Of a stretch of DNA of 48,966 nucleotides, positions 36,748 to 47,230 are shown piece after piece (position 1 is the stretch's first letter; every line of letters starts with the position of its first letter). The notes under the pieces are model-generated. The model did no database searches, had not been told where the DNA came from, and saw only the letters and a list, made by a program, of their open reading frames with translations. The translations under genes were made by a program, and so were the position numbers. Source of the DNA: Chromatiales bacterium (GTDB lineage Bacteria > Pseudomonadota > Gammaproteobacteria > Chromatiales > Chromatiaceae); assembly GCA_024762485.1 (NCBI GenBank), contig JANTHH010000001.1, forward strand, positions 1 through 48,966, given 5' to 3'.

Positions 36748-38171
36748 GGTTTGTGATCCGGCACGTAGAACACCGCCTCGTGCTCGATCACCGGCAGTGC
36801 CGGGTCATCGGGTACCGCGCGTATCCGATAGGGACGGGTGCGGCCATCGAACACCTTTGGCGCGTACTTGACCAGGGCGCGGACCCGCAGGTGTTGTCCA
36901 GGCGCCAGCTTAAGGGTCTCGAATGGTCCCATGTCCAGTTCGGCACCCGGCAGCCCCTCGAGTTCGAAATGCAGCACCAGCGGCAGCGTCAGCTTGTTGT
37001 TGAGCTTGATCTCGTAGCTGTTCTGGATGCGTCCGTCGGACAGCTGCACAAAGATCGGCTGGCGTACCTGTGCAACGGTCAGGTCATAGGGGGCCTGCTT
37101 GGACATGTTGTAGATCAGTGCGCCAAGGATGAACAGCAGCATCATCCCGTAACCGATCACCTTCGGCCGCAGGATCTTCGTCGGCTTGCCCTCCTCCAGT
37201 TCCTTCTCGGAGGTATAGCGGATCAGGCCGCGCTCCCAGCCCAGCGAATCCATGATGGTGTCGCAGGCATCGATGCACAGGGCGCAGGAGATGCACTGCA
37301 TCTGCAGTCCGTTACGGATGTCGATGCCCACCGGGCAGACCTGCACGCAGTAACCACAGTCGATACAGTCACCGACGCCCTTTTCGGCACGCTCTTCGCG
37401 TGTCTTGTAGCCTTTGCCAAGGCGGTGGCGCCCGGCCGTCCCCTCACCCCGGTGCTCGTCGTAGGAGACGATCAGGGTATCCTTGTCGAACATCGCGCTC
37501 TGGAATCGGGCATAGGGACACATGTAGGTACACACCTGCTCTCGTGCCAGGCCGGCCATGACATAGGTGGTGGCCGTGAGAAACAGCGCCGTGGCATAGG
37601 CGGCGAAGGGTGCCTGGCCGGTGAAGAACTCCACCACCAGTTTCGGCGCCTCACCCCAGTAGAGGACGAAGGTCAGACCGGTGGCGAAGGCCACGAGCAG
37701 CCACAACAGGTGCGTCAGACCCAGCTTGATGGCCTTCTCCGCATTCATCGGCTGCTTGGCGAGACGGATACGTGCCGGCCGCTCACCCTGCACCAGCCGT
37801 TCGATGAAGATAAACACGTCGGTCCAGAGGGTCTGGAAACAGAAATAGCCGCAGAACACCCGCCCCGCCACCCCGGTGACGAAGAACAGCATGAAGGCGG
37901 CGATCATGAGAAAGCCGGCGAGCCAGAAGATGTCCTGTGGGTGCACCACCAGATCAAACAAGTAGAACTTGCGGCCGACGATATCGAACAACACCGCCTG
38001 ACTCGGCGCGTTGGGACGCTCCCAGGGGATCCAGGGCAGCAGGAAGTAGACCGCGTATGCGGTCAGCAGGATGGCCCACTTGATGTTACGGAAACGGCCC
38101 TTTACCGACCGCGGATAGATCGGAATCCGCGTCTGGTAGAGCTGGGGCTCCTGATCTTGGGTATTGCTCAT
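36744..38171 (-). CDS. ccoG: cbb3 oxidase accessory 4Fe-4S protein CcoG/FixG
   Basis: 475 aa with N-terminal TM helices, two ferredoxin motifs (CIDCGYCVQVCP and CISCALCIDACD), and a C-terminal IPT-like domain. Confidence 0.93.
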   Translation of the reverse strand: MSNTQDQEPQLYQTRIPIYPRSVKGRFRNIKWAILLTAYAVYFLLPWIPWERPNAPSQAVLFDIVGRKFYLFDLVVHPQDIFWLAGFLMIAAFMLFFVTGVAGRVFCGYFCFQTLWTDVFIFIERLVQGERPARIRLAKQPMNAEKAIKLGLTHLLWLLVAFATGLTFVLYWGEAPKLVVEFFTGQAPFAAYATALFLTATTYVMAGLAREQVCTYMCPYARFQSAMFDKDTLIVSYDEHRGEGTAGRHRLGKGYKTREERAEKGVGDCIDCGYCVQVCPVGIDIRNGLQMQCISCALCIDACDTIMDSLGWERGLIRYTSEKELEEGKPTKILRPKVIGYGMMLLFILGALIYNMSKQAPYDLTVAQVRQPIFVQLSDGRIQNSYEIKLNNKLTLPLVLHFELEGLPGAELDMGPFETLKLAPGQHLRVRALVKYAPKVFDGRTRPYRIRAVPDDPALPVIEHEAVFYVPDHKP

Positions 38172-38200
38172 CGTTGCTGCTGATTCCTGTTGTCAGAAGA

Positions 38201-38229
38201 CAGAAAAGGCCGCAAGCGGCCTTTTCTGT
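38201..38229 (-). terminator. Hairpin between ccoP and ccoG (terminator/attenuator)
   Basis: CAGAAAAGGCCG-cttg-CGGCCTTTTCTG forms a 12-bp stem on the minus strand. The U-run lies partly inside the stem. Confidence 0.5.
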
Positions 38230-38271
38230 CAGTCGACGGTGACGCTCCGGCCGTGACCGGATGTCAGCCCG

Positions 38272-39192
38272 TCATTGACCGCCGCCGAGTCCGTGTACGT
38301 AAACCGTCAGCAGCTTGATCTCGGTATCGCTCAGGCGTCCGGACCAGCTGGGCATCTCGCGCTTGACGCCGTTGCGGATCACGCCCTTGACCGCCTCGAG
38401 TTTCGCATCCAGGCCATCGGCACCAGGCACGTCCGCCACGGTCCATACCGCATCGGTCAGATTGGCAGAGCCTTGCGAATAGAGGCCGGTCGCCCCCGTG
38501 GTGTGGCAGTAATAACAGCCGGCGGCCTCGCTCTTGAAGATCTTCTCGCCGGCAGCCGCCTTGTTGCTGTCGACGGTATCCTCAGAGAAGCTCAGGACGT
38601 AGTTCGCCAAGGCATCGATCTGCGCGTCATCGAGGACCGTGCCGAAAGCGGGCATGTAGCCGAGGCGGCCATGACGGATCGTCTGCTCGATGTTCTCGAC
38701 CTTGCCACCCCACAGCCAGGCATCATCACCGAGGTTGGGATACTGGCCGATCATCGCCGGGGTGCCGCCCACGCCATGACAGGCAGCGCAGTTGTCCCCG
38801 AACAGCCCCTTGGCCATGGAGTTGACGAAGGCGGTCATGTCCGGATCGTTGACGATCTCCTGGTAACTCGCCTGGGAAACCTTGTCCAGATAGGCCTTCT
38901 GCTTCAGTGATTCCTCGCCGGTCTGCATCTCCTTGATCAGGCGCGCGCGGGTGTTCCAGTTCGTGGTGACCTCCTTCCCGTTCTCTTCGAAGGTGATGGT
39001 CTTGATGCCCGTGGTATAGCCCTTGCCGAGCGGCCAGGTGGGATAAAGCACCCAGTAGACAATCGCGAACACACAGCTCGCATAGAACGTCCACAACCAC
39101 CAGGTCGGGAGCGGGTTGTTGTATTCCTGGAGGTCACCATCCCAGGCATGGCCCGTTGTCTGGACCGCCTTGCCATGCTGTTGTTCAGCCAT
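38272..39192 (-). CDS. ccoP: cbb3-type cytochrome c oxidase subunit III (dihaem c)
   Basis: Starts MAEQQHGKAVQTTGHAWDGDLQEYNNPLPTWW. Two CxxCH motifs are present (CAACH and CYYCH). Confidence 0.93.
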   Translation of the reverse strand: MAEQQHGKAVQTTGHAWDGDLQEYNNPLPTWWLWTFYASCVFAIVYWVLYPTWPLGKGYTTGIKTITFEENGKEVTTNWNTRARLIKEMQTGEESLKQKAYLDKVSQASYQEIVNDPDMTAFVNSMAKGLFGDNCAACHGVGGTPAMIGQYPNLGDDAWLWGGKVENIEQTIRHGRLGYMPAFGTVLDDAQIDALANYVLSFSEDTVDSNKAAAGEKIFKSEAAGCYYCHTTGATGLYSQGSANLTDAVWTVADVPGADGLDAKLEAVKGVIRNGVKREMPSWSGRLSDTEIKLLTVYVHGLGGGQ

Positions 39193-39388
39193 TGTGTTTG
39201 CCCTTTTCGCTTTCTTTTGATTCCCGCTCGTCGTCCTGGAATGGGATGTCCTTGTAGGATTCAAAACGCGCCTTGCGCTTTTTGCCGGTGAAGACATACA
39301 GGACGATGGCCACGAAGGTGACGAAGAAGATCACCAACGCCAGAGGCTTGGTGTTCTCCATCTTCGAAAACCATTCGATCAGGTCCAT
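39185..39388 (-). CDS. ccoQ: cbb3-type cytochrome c oxidase subunit IV CcoQ
   Basis: Small single-TM protein (MDLIEWFSKMENTKPLALVIFFVTFVAIVLYVF) between ccoO and ccoP. Its 3' end overlaps ccoP by 8 nt. Confidence 0.8.
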   Translation of the reverse strand: MDLIEWFSKMENTKPLALVIFFVTFVAIVLYVFTGKKRKARFESYKDIPFQDDERESKESEKGKHNG

Positions 39389-39433
39389 CACGTCGGAAAT
39401 CCTCTGTTCACTTGGAATTCAACCGTTATCCGA

Positions 39434-40174
39434 TCAACGGAATTCGGCGAAATAACCCTCGTCGTACTTGCTGAAATCGACCATCGTTCCGAGCACCTGG
39501 AGATAGGCAACGAGGGCGTCCATTTCGGTCAAGCGCGCGCGATCACCATCGAAGTCCTCCGATTGCGCCTGCGCCAGCAGGTTCTCCTCCGCCTCGAGGA
39601 TGTTCAACTGGTCTGCAGTTTCCTTGCCGAACTTCTCGACATTCGCCTGGTACTCGGCGGTGGTCAATGAGTAGGGCACCCCTGTGACCTTGAGGGCACG
39701 CATGCGGTCAGCGATATCCGAATAGTCCAGGTCATTCTCAAGCAACCAGGGGTAGTTCGGCATGATGGACTCGGGCACCACCGAACGGGGGGCCTTCAGG
39801 TGCTGGACGTGCCACTGGTTGGAATATTTCTCGCCGACACGGGCAAGGTCCGGGCCGGTCCGTTTCGATCCCCACTGGAAGGGATGGTCGTACTGCGACT
39901 CCGCCGCCAACGAATAATGGCCATAGCGCATGTCCTCGTCGCGGAACGGACGAATCATCTGCGAGTGGCACAGATAGCAGCCTTCGCGGGTGTAAATGTC
40001 GCGTCCCTTCTGCTCCAGCGGGGTGTACGGACGTACACCCTCCACCTTCTCGATGGTCTCGTCGATATAGAACAGCGGGACGATCTCCACCAGACCACCG
40101 ATGCTGATGGCAATCATGGTGAGCACGATCATCAGGCCCGCATTGATTTCGATACTTTCGTGACTGAATTTCAT
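39434..40174 (-). CDS. ccoO: cbb3-type cytochrome c oxidase subunit II (monohaem c)
   Basis: 246 aa with an N-terminal TM anchor and [11 protein letters not shown]. Confidence 0.96.
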   Translation of the reverse strand: MKFSHESIEINAGLMIVLTMIAISIGGLVEIVPLFYIDETIEKVEGVRPYTPLEQKGRDIYTREGCYLCHSQMIRPFRDEDMRYGHYSLAAESQYDHPFQWGSKRTGPDLARVGEKYSNQWHVQHLKAPRSVVPESIMPNYPWLLENDLDYSDIADRMRALKVTGVPYSLTTAEYQANVEKFGKETADQLNILEAEENLLAQAQSEDFDGDRARLTEMDALVAYLQVLGTMVDFSKYDEGYFAEFR

Positions 40175-40185
40175 CTGGGACCCCG

Positions 40186-41649
40186 TTAAACGCCGGCATT
40201 CGCCATCTTGGCGGCGATCTTGGCTTCCATCGCGGCCTGTTCAAGCTTGGCATTGCGGATGGTCATGAAGATATTGAAGCTCATCACCAGGATGCCGGAG
40301 ACGAAGAACATGCCGCCGACCATGCGTGCCGCCAGAGGCAGGTGCATGAAGGAGACGGTCTCGACGAAGGTGTAAGCCAGGTTGCCGTAGTCATCGAAGG
40401 CACGCAGCATCATGCCCTGACCGATGCCCGACACCCACATGGAGGTGATATAGAGCACGATGCCGATGGTGGCGAGCCAGAAGTGGGTGATCACCAGACG
40501 GTCGCTGTAGAGCTTGGTGTCATACAGGCGCGGGATCATGTGGTACAGGGAGCCGAAGGACACCAGCGCCACCCAGCCCAGCGCACCGGAGTGCACGTGG
40601 CCCACGGTCCAGTCGGTGTAGTGAGACAGTGCGTTTACGCTCTTGAGAGACATCATTGGTCCCTCGAAGGTCGACATGCCGTAGAACGCCAGCGAGGCGA
40701 TCAGGAAACGCATGATCGGGTCGGTGCGAAGCTTATCCCAGGCACCCGACAGGGTCATGATGCCGTTGATCATGCCGCCCCAGGAGGGCAGCAAGAGGAG
40801 GATGGAGAAAGTCGCCGCCAGTGACGAGGTCCAATCCGGCAACGCGGTCCAGTGCAGGTGATGTGCGCCGACCCACATGTAGAGGAACGACAGTGCCCAG
40901 AAGTGAACAATGGACAGGCGGTAGGAATAGATTGGGCGACCTGCCTGCTTCGGGACGAAGTAGTACATCATGCCGAGGAAGGCAGCGGTGAGGAAGAAGC
41001 CCACGGCGTTGTGGCCATACCACCACTGGGTCATAGCGTCCTGCACACCCGAGAACAGGCTGTATGAGTGCATGCTCAGCAGGTTCACCGGCACCGCAAG
41101 GTTGTTGAAGATGTGCAGGATCGCGGTGGCCAGGATAAAGGCCATGTAGAACCAGTTCGCCACGTAGATATGTGGCTGCGAACGGCGACGCAGGGTCTGA
41201 ACGAAGACCGTGGCATAGGCCACCCAGGTCACCGTGATCAGCAGATCCACCGGCCACGGAAACTCCGCGTATTCACGTGCCTGAGTGATGCCGTTCATGT
41301 AACCGATGGCGCCGATCAGGACGGACAGCTGCCAGCCCCAGAAGGTAAATTTCGGCAACAGATCGCCGTAGAGTCGGGTCTGACAGGTCCGCTGGACGAT
41401 GTAGTAGGAGGTGGCAAACAGCGCACTGCCCCCGAAACCGAAGATGACCAGCGTGGTGTGCACCGGACGCAGGCGACCAAAGGTGATCTCTGCGGTATCG
41501 AAATTCAGAAACGGAAACGCCAGTTCAGCTGCGATGTAGGTACCGGCTGTCATGCCGAGGACACCCCACACCAGCGCCATAATGGCAAATCTTTTTACTA
41601 TGTCGTAGTTGTACTGCGTATCCACAGCCACTGCACCCGAAGCCATCAT
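40186..41649 (-). CDS. ccoN: cbb3-type cytochrome c oxidase subunit I
   Basis: I chose the ATG at 41649 ([21 protein letters not shown]...). 12-TM haem-copper oxidase pattern typical of CcoN ([18 protein letters not shown]..). Confidence 0.96.
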   Translation of the reverse strand: MMASGAVAVDTQYNYDIVKRFAIMALVWGVLGMTAGTYIAAELAFPFLNFDTAEITFGRLRPVHTTLVIFGFGGSALFATSYYIVQRTCQTRLYGDLLPKFTFWGWQLSVLIGAIGYMNGITQAREYAEFPWPVDLLITVTWVAYATVFVQTLRRRSQPHIYVANWFYMAFILATAILHIFNNLAVPVNLLSMHSYSLFSGVQDAMTQWWYGHNAVGFFLTAAFLGMMYYFVPKQAGRPIYSYRLSIVHFWALSFLYMWVGAHHLHWTALPDWTSSLAATFSILLLLPSWGGMINGIMTLSGAWDKLRTDPIMRFLIASLAFYGMSTFEGPMMSLKSVNALSHYTDWTVGHVHSGALGWVALVSFGSLYHMIPRLYDTKLYSDRLVITHFWLATIGIVLYITSMWVSGIGQGMMLRAFDDYGNLAYTFVETVSFMHLPLAARMVGGMFFVSGILVMSFNIFMTIRNAKLEQAAMEAKIAAKMANAGV

Positions 41650-42034
41650 CAAACCCCTGTCTCTGTATCGGACATGCAAAAGGGGTCGCGCCGGACCCTG
41701 CACGTGCCGAGGAATGGGAACACACGTTACCGCCCTATTACAGGACCCTGCGAGCTGCACAGGGCCGCAACGCCGTCATGCGCCGAAAATTCAAATCTGG
41801 ACCCATAAAGGGTAGTCGAAACTCTCGATCGCAGGCCGTCTGTAACGGCTGGTAAGCAGCGGAAGTTTAGCCGGGGAGGGGAGTATTAGTCAATTATGAA
41901 ATGGTTATCCGGAAACCCGATGACCATGCCCGGCGTGGCCTGGGGAAACGGATTCCTGGCGGGCCGGCGCAAGGCAAAACCAGCCATAGACAGCCTTGTG
42001 AAGGGGCGCCAGGTCCGCCCGATCCAGGTTCCAG

Positions 42035-42946
42035 TCAGCTCATCATTCCCTGCAGTAGCGGGACGTAATGATCAATCAGCAGCAGTGCGAACAAGGCCAT
42101 CAGATAGACAATGGAATAGCCAAAGGTGCGCATCGGCGCGCCGGCATCCTCGTTGCGGAACAGCACAATCGCGTGATAGAGGAACCCAAGTCCCAGGGGG
42201 ATGGCCCCCAGCAGGTAAAACCAGCCACTCATCCCGTAGCCATAGGGCATAAGCGAGACCAGGAACAGGAGAATGGTATAGAAGACGATTTGCAGGCGGG
42301 TGAAATCGTGCCCATGGGTGACCGGCAGCATGGGCATGCCGACCTTGGCATATTCGTCTGAACGGTGGATGGCCAGTGCCCAGAAGTGCGGTGGCGTCCA
42401 GGTAAAGACGATCAGGAACAGGATCATCGCCTGGGGATCGCAACTGCCGGTGACCGCGCACCAGCCCAGAAGTGGCGGTGCCGCACCGGCAGCACCCCCG
42501 ATAACGATGTTCTGTGGTGTCGCCCGCTTCAGGTACATGGTGTAGATCACTGCGTAGCCGATCAGCGAGATGAAGGTCAGCAACGCCGTCAGGACATTCA
42601 CCCGGGTCACAAGGATGACCATGGACACGGCACCGATGGCCAGGGCAAACAGCAGTGCATCACGGCGTGAAAGCTGCCCTTTTGGAAGAGGACGGTTATG
42701 AGTCCGCCCCATCACCGCATCGATCTTCCGGTCCACCACGTGATTGATGGCCGCCGCCGAGGCGGATGCGAGGCCGATTCCCAAGGTGCCGAAGAACAAT
42801 ACATCCAGCGGCACCAGCCCCGGGCTGGCGAGAAACATGCCGACCATTGCGGTAAAAACGATCAGTGCGACCACCTTGGGCTTGCACAGCTCCAGGTAAT
42901 CACGCCAGTGGCCGATGACGGGTACGTTTACGAGGGTCGTTGCCAT
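42035..42946 (-). CDS. ctaB: Protohaem IX farnesyltransferase (haem O synthase)
   Basis: 303-aa UbiA-family polytopic protein ([20 protein letters not shown]...[21 protein letters not shown]). Confidence 0.94.
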   Translation of the reverse strand: MATTLVNVPVIGHWRDYLELCKPKVVALIVFTAMVGMFLASPGLVPLDVLFFGTLGIGLASASAAAINHVVDRKIDAVMGRTHNRPLPKGQLSRRDALLFALAIGAVSMVILVTRVNVLTALLTFISLIGYAVIYTMYLKRATPQNIVIGGAAGAAPPLLGWCAVTGSCDPQAMILFLIVFTWTPPHFWALAIHRSDEYAKVGMPMLPVTHGHDFTRLQIVFYTILLFLVSLMPYGYGMSGWFYLLGAIPLGLGFLYHAIVLFRNEDAGAPMRTFGYSIVYLMALFALLLIDHYVPLLQGMMS

Positions 42947-43929
42947 AACTGGTAGCTCAGCAGAATGAGTGAGAGGAGAAGCAGGGCGGCGACGGCGTTA
43001 TGCGCGACGGCTACCGGTAACGGCAGATGCAGCAGGACATTGCCAATGCCGAGCGAGACCTGCGTCAGCAGCAGGCCGAGTATCAGCCAGCCCGTCCGCG
43101 CAAGGATCTCGCCACCCCGATTGATCAATCGCAACGCCAGCCACCCCAGGTAGAGAAAGACCAGCAGTGCTCCGACGCGGTGGACGAAGTGGATCGCCGT
43201 CCTCGCCGGGTGTTCGAGCACACCGAATTCATAATTGATCCCAATGCCACGCCACAGGACGAAGGCTTCACGGAAGTCCATCTCCGGCAGCCAGCGCCCC
43301 TGGCAGGTCGGAAAGTCGGGACAGGCCAGGGCCGCGTAGTTGGAACTGGTCCAGCCCCCCAAGGCGATCTGCAGGACCAGGAGTAGCAGACCCAGCACGG
43401 CATACGGTCGCCAGACGCCGGGGTTGACCGAGCCGGGCACTGGCGTCTGCCGTGTCCGCAGTGCCAGAACGAACAGGAGCGCCAGGGTCGTAAAGCCACC
43501 GAGTAGATGTCCCATCACCACCACCGGCTTCAACTGCAGGGTAACCGTCCACATCCCCAGCATCGCCTGAAACACGACGATCACCAGCAGCACCAGCGGC
43601 AGCAGGGTCGGCTGGCCAGGGACATCCCTGCGCAGCCAGCCCCATATCGCCAGCATCAGGATCACCAGACCGAGCGTGCCGGCAAAGTAACGATGGACCA
43701 TCTCTTTCCAGCCCTTGTGCGGCTCCAGTGGTCGTTGGGCAAGATAATCCTTGTGCTGCACTGCCTCCTCGCTCGCCGGCACCACCAGTTCGCCATAGCA
43801 GCCTGGCCAGTCCGGACATCCCAGCCCGGCATGGGACAAGCGGGTGTAGGCGCCGAGGACAACGACGATCAGCGCAAGAAAACAGGCGGCAACCGCCAGA
43901 CGATGGTAATTCACAAACGTCCCCTGCAT
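42928..43929 (-). CDS. ctaA: Haem A synthase (COX15/CtaA)
   Basis: 333 aa, 8 TM. Motifs [18 protein letters not shown] and conserved His pairs. It overlaps ctaB by 19 nt. Confidence 0.9.
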   Translation of the reverse strand: MQGTFVNYHRLAVAACFLALIVVVLGAYTRLSHAGLGCPDWPGCYGELVVPASEEAVQHKDYLAQRPLEPHKGWKEMVHRYFAGTLGLVILMLAIWGWLRRDVPGQPTLLPLVLLVIVVFQAMLGMWTVTLQLKPVVVMGHLLGGFTTLALLFVLALRTRQTPVPGSVNPGVWRPYAVLGLLLLVLQIALGGWTSSNYAALACPDFPTCQGRWLPEMDFREAFVLWRGIGINYEFGVLEHPARTAIHFVHRVGALLVFLYLGWLALRLINRGGEILARTGWLILGLLLTQVSLGIGNVLLHLPLPVAVAHNAVAALLLLSLILLSYQLWQRPS

Positions 43930-43936
43930 CCCGCCA

Positions 43937-44551
43937 TCATCCGACCTGCGAGACCTTGAGCAGTTTACGCAGATCCTTTGCGATGCCCTTCGCAGAGACC
44001 GCAGGGCTGTAGCGCATCATCAGGTTGCCCAGCGGATCCACCATGAAGAAATGAGCACCGTCCACCGCCTCCTCCCGGGTGCGAAACTGTTCGGTAAAAT
44101 GGGACCATGCATCACCCGTCGCCGTAACGACCACAAGGTCGGGATGATCCCGCTGCAGCTGTTGCAGCCATTCATCCTTTGGCGGGTGTCCGAGGACAAG
44201 TATGCGTCGAACCCTGGCCATGTCCTTGCTGACACCGGTGCGTATCTGCCGTGTGTAGTAGAGCTGGCGTTCACATTCCTCATCACAGTCTTGTCTGGCA
44301 AACATCACGTAGGCCCAGCGGCCACGGACCTGCGCCATCGACCACGGCTTGCCCGCGGCATCGTCCAGCACCACCGGCTGCAATGGCCGGGCCGGCTGCA
44401 CCAGTTCCCCGGCATTCGTCGACGACGTGCTGCCACCATTGTTCAGGTAGAGCCAGGCACCCCAGGATGTCAGCACCGGCGCCAGAAACAAGGCGGCCAA
44501 CATGACCAACTGTTTGCGTCCACGGTTCGATTTCGCCAATGGCTCACTCAC
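43937..44551 (-). CDS. Membrane-anchored Sco/thioredoxin-fold-like cytochrome oxidase assembly protein
   Basis: GTG start with a GGAAGGTGAG RBS. One N-terminal TM and a CDEEC (CxxxC) motif. It sits between SURF1 and ctaA. Confidence 0.55.
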   Translation of the reverse strand: MSEPLAKSNRGRKQLVMLAALFLAPVLTSWGAWLYLNNGGSTSSTNAGELVQPARPLQPVVLDDAAGKPWSMAQVRGRWAYVMFARQDCDEECERQLYYTRQIRTGVSKDMARVRRILVLGHPPKDEWLQQLQRDHPDLVVVTATGDAWSHFTEQFRTREEAVDGAHFFMVDPLGNLMMRYSPAVSAKGIAKDLRKLLKVSQVG

Positions 44552-44563
44552 GTTCTCACCTTC

Positions 44564-45295
44564 CTACTGCTTTATCCGTCTGGCATTCACGCCAATGAAA
44601 ATAATCACCAGGGCAACCGCCAGCGAGAACCATTGGAGCGCATAACCAAGATGCTTCTCCGGTCCCATCTGCATGACCGGTGACCAGTCCCCGGCAAGGG
44701 ACCCCGGCTCACCCTCATCCAGCACCAGGACCAGTGGAAACAGCTCCCGCTGCATCACATTCCCCAACATACGAACATCCAGGTAAGGATGCACGGATAC
44801 CGGCGAATCCATCGGGTAACTCAAATCCCCCATGGCAATGCCCACCGATGCCGGCTTGTCGAGATGTCCGTGCAACCTAACATCACCTGATGGCAGCGGC
44901 AGATCCGGCAAGGCGGAGCGATCAGGACCCGTCGGCACCCAGCCTCGATTCACCAGCAAGGCCCGGGTCCCACCGCCATCGGGAATCAGCAGGCTATAGA
45001 CGTGGTAACCCGCCTGTCCTTTACGAATGCGATTGTCCTGCAACCACTGGTGGCTCGAATCAAACCGCCCGCTCACCTTCGCCGGCCGGTAACGATCCTC
45101 CACAGACATGTCCCACTGCCAGTTGATGTCGAGCGCCGGGCGTTCAATGCCAGACTCACGTGCCTCAATCAGCAACTGCTTCTGCTCCGCCCTTTCCACC
45201 TGCCAGACACCCAGGCCGACCAACAGGCCAAGCAACAGGATGAATACCAGTGTGGGTATCAGTGACGGCCTGAACGAGAACCCGGCAACCGTCAC
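44564..45295 (-). CDS. SURF1-family cytochrome oxidase biogenesis protein
   Basis: FRPSLIPTLVFILLLGLLVGLGVWQVERAEQKQ opening, a C-terminal TM, and the YALQWFSLA motif. Confidence 0.88.
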   Translation of the reverse strand: MTVAGFSFRPSLIPTLVFILLLGLLVGLGVWQVERAEQKQLLIEARESGIERPALDINWQWDMSVEDRYRPAKVSGRFDSSHQWLQDNRIRKGQAGYHVYSLLIPDGGGTRALLVNRGWVPTGPDRSALPDLPLPSGDVRLHGHLDKPASVGIAMGDLSYPMDSPVSVHPYLDVRMLGNVMQRELFPLVLVLDEGEPGSLAGDWSPVMQMGPEKHLGYALQWFSLAVALVIIFIGVNARRIKQ

Positions 45296-45358
45296 TCACT
45301 GCATCCTTCAGGGGCGGTTGATATAATCGGCACTCTTTTCGGCCATCGAGACATTTCC

Positions 45359-45604
45359 ATGTGGGTCAAGATCGTCATACTGCTTATCTTTGCAGGCATC
45401 CTGCTCAGCCTGGGGTCAGCCCTGTTCTATCTGGTACGGGATAAAGGGCACTCCCGAAAAAGCCTCCATGCACTGACCTTCCGGATTGGCCTCTCGCTGG
45501 GTCTCTTCATCTTCCTGATGATTCTGGCGGCCACCGGTGTCATCACCCCGCATGGACTGGTTCCACCCTCCGGCGAGACCCCCCCCGTCACGCAACAGGA
45601 GTAA
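45359..45604 (+). CDS. Small twin-TM protein (DUF2909-like) commonly found in cox clusters
   Basis: 81 aa with two hydrophobic helices. It is divergent from SURF1 and convergent with coxC. Confidence 0.55.
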   Translation: MWVKIVILLIFAGILLSLGSALFYLVRDKGHSRKSLHALTFRIGLSLGLFIFLMILAATGVITPHGLVPPSGETPPVTQQE

Positions 45605-45617
45605 TCAACATCTGGCG

Positions 45618-46484
45618 CTACAGCACGTAGACGAAGATGAACAGACCCAGCCAGACAACGTCAACAAAGTGCCAGTACCACGCCACACCCTCGAAGGCAA
45701 AGTGATTGTCGGGTGTGAAATGACCCTTCGCCGCCCTGATCGTTATCACGATCAACATGATGGTACCGAGGGTCACGTGAAAACCGTGGAACCCGGTCAG
45801 CATGAAGAAGGTCGAGCCGTATATGCCGGACTCGAGCGTCAGGTTCAGTTCGTGATAGGCGTGAATGTATTCATAGGCCTGGAAACCGAGAAAGACGGCG
45901 CCTAGCAGGACGGTGGCGACCAGCCACAGCACCGTCTTCGCACGATCATTCGCTTTAAGCGCCCAGTGGGACAGGGTGATGGTAACGCCCGAACTCAGCA
46001 GTAACAGGGTATTGAGTGCCGGGATACCCCATGCTCCCACTGTCTGGAATTCACCACCAACACCGGCCGGCCCGTTGGTAGGCCAGGCCTCGTTGAAGCT
46101 ACTCCAAAGGAACTCATGGGTAGCCGCACCTGAATCCTCACCCAGCAACCAGGGAACGGACAGCATTCGGGCATAGAACAGGGCGCCAAAGAAGGCCGCG
46201 AAGAACATCACCTCGGAGAAGATGAACCACATCATTCCCTGGCGGAAGGAACGGTCGACCTGCTCGTTGTATTCGCCTTTGAGGCTTTCCCTGATGACCG
46301 TGCCAAACCAACCGAACATCATGTAGAAGATGATAGCCAGTCCGACGGCCAGAACGGCGTAGCCCGTGCTGGAGCCATTGAAGGCACTCGCCGCGCCCAC
46401 CACCCCGATGGTGAGACCGACACTGGCAATAATCGGCCAGTAGCTGCCATGCGGTACATAATAATGATCACTTGCGTGAGCCAT
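45618..46484 (-). CDS. coxC: aa3-type cytochrome c oxidase subunit III
   Basis: 288 aa, 7-TM CoxC pattern (FFMLTGFHGFHVTLGTIML...WYWHFVDVVWL). Confidence 0.95.
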   Translation of the reverse strand: MAHASDHYYVPHGSYWPIIASVGLTIGVVGAASAFNGSSTGYAVLAVGLAIIFYMMFGWFGTVIRESLKGEYNEQVDRSFRQGMMWFIFSEVMFFAAFFGALFYARMLSVPWLLGEDSGAATHEFLWSSFNEAWPTNGPAGVGGEFQTVGAWGIPALNTLLLLSSGVTITLSHWALKANDRAKTVLWLVATVLLGAVFLGFQAYEYIHAYHELNLTLESGIYGSTFFMLTGFHGFHVTLGTIMLIVITIRAAKGHFTPDNHFAFEGVAWYWHFVDVVWLGLFIFVYVL

Positions 46485-46523
46485 AGCTCCCCCTCGTTAA
46501 AAAACGGTGTTGTTCCCAGTGGT

Positions 46524-47069
46524 TCAGTTTTTTTCGCTCTGTCCGGTTACATCGAAAAATGTATAGGCGAGACTCAAGGTTTTTATTTTTTCCGGCAAGG
46601 CCGGGGCGACGATGAAACGCAGGGGCATGGCCTTGGTCTCCCCCGCAGCCAGGTCCTGCTTGGTAAAACAAAAGCATTCGGTCTTGTTGAAATGACGGTT
46701 GGCCAGCCCTGGCGCGACACTGGGTACCGCCTGACCAGTCATCGCTCGCGATGTCCCGTTGTGTGCAGTGAAGATCGTCTCGTAGACCTGCCCCGGGTGT
46801 ACGCGCATCTGTGCCACCTCTGGAGTCACCTCCCAGGGCATCTGCGCACTGTTATTGACCACAAACTGAACCGTAACCAGACGATCGAGATCGGGCTGAT
46901 AGCGACTCGCTGCCTCCGCCTCTGCCATGCGTCCGGTCTTTCCGTTCAGACCGGTGATGTCACAGAACACGTTATAAAGCGGCACCAGCAGATATCCGAA
47001 ACCGAACATCATCACGACCACCAGCGCCATCCTGCCAGCCGATCTGAGGTTTGAATTACCGCCTGCCAT
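46524..47069 (-). CDS. ctaG: Cytochrome c oxidase copper-insertion protein Cox11/CtaG
   Basis: N-terminal TM and the CFCF copper motif (TECFCFTKQ). Confidence 0.93.
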   Translation of the reverse strand: MAGGNSNLRSAGRMALVVVMMFGFGYLLVPLYNVFCDITGLNGKTGRMAEAEAASRYQPDLDRLVTVQFVVNNSAQMPWEVTPEVAQMRVHPGQVYETIFTAHNGTSRAMTGQAVPSVAPGLANRHFNKTECFCFTKQDLAAGETKAMPLRFIVAPALPEKIKTLSLAYTFFDVTGQSEKN

Positions 47070-47072
47070 CGC

Positions 47073-47186
47073 TCAGCCCGCCGTGGACGTCAGGTAGATG
47101 AAACCGACATAGAACGCCAAGGCAATCAGCCCGAGTATTATCGCCAGTGTGACATTCGATCTTTTCTTTCCTGTATCAGTACCCAT
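47073..47186 (-). CDS. Candidate 37-aa single-TM peptide between coxA and cox11
   Basis: MGTDTGKKRSNVTLAIILGLIALAFYVGFIYLTSTAG with a GGGAG RBS. Its stop lies 3 nt before the cox11 ATG. Confidence 0.4.
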   Translation of the reverse strand: MGTDTGKKRSNVTLAIILGLIALAFYVGFIYLTSTAG

Positions 47187-47230
47187 TGTCCACTCCCGGC
47201 ATCCCGCTGTGATGCGGGATGCCACCGTTG

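Noticed and set aside
41650-42034. A 385-nt ccoN-ctaB spacer, examined for an FNR/Anr box, sRNA or tRNA. It also contains the 118-aa plus ORF 41896-42252.
   Set aside because: I found no TTGAT-N4-ATCAA match, cloverleaf or terminator-bounded unit. The ORF runs into and overlaps ctaB on the opposite strand, and has no RBS or motif.
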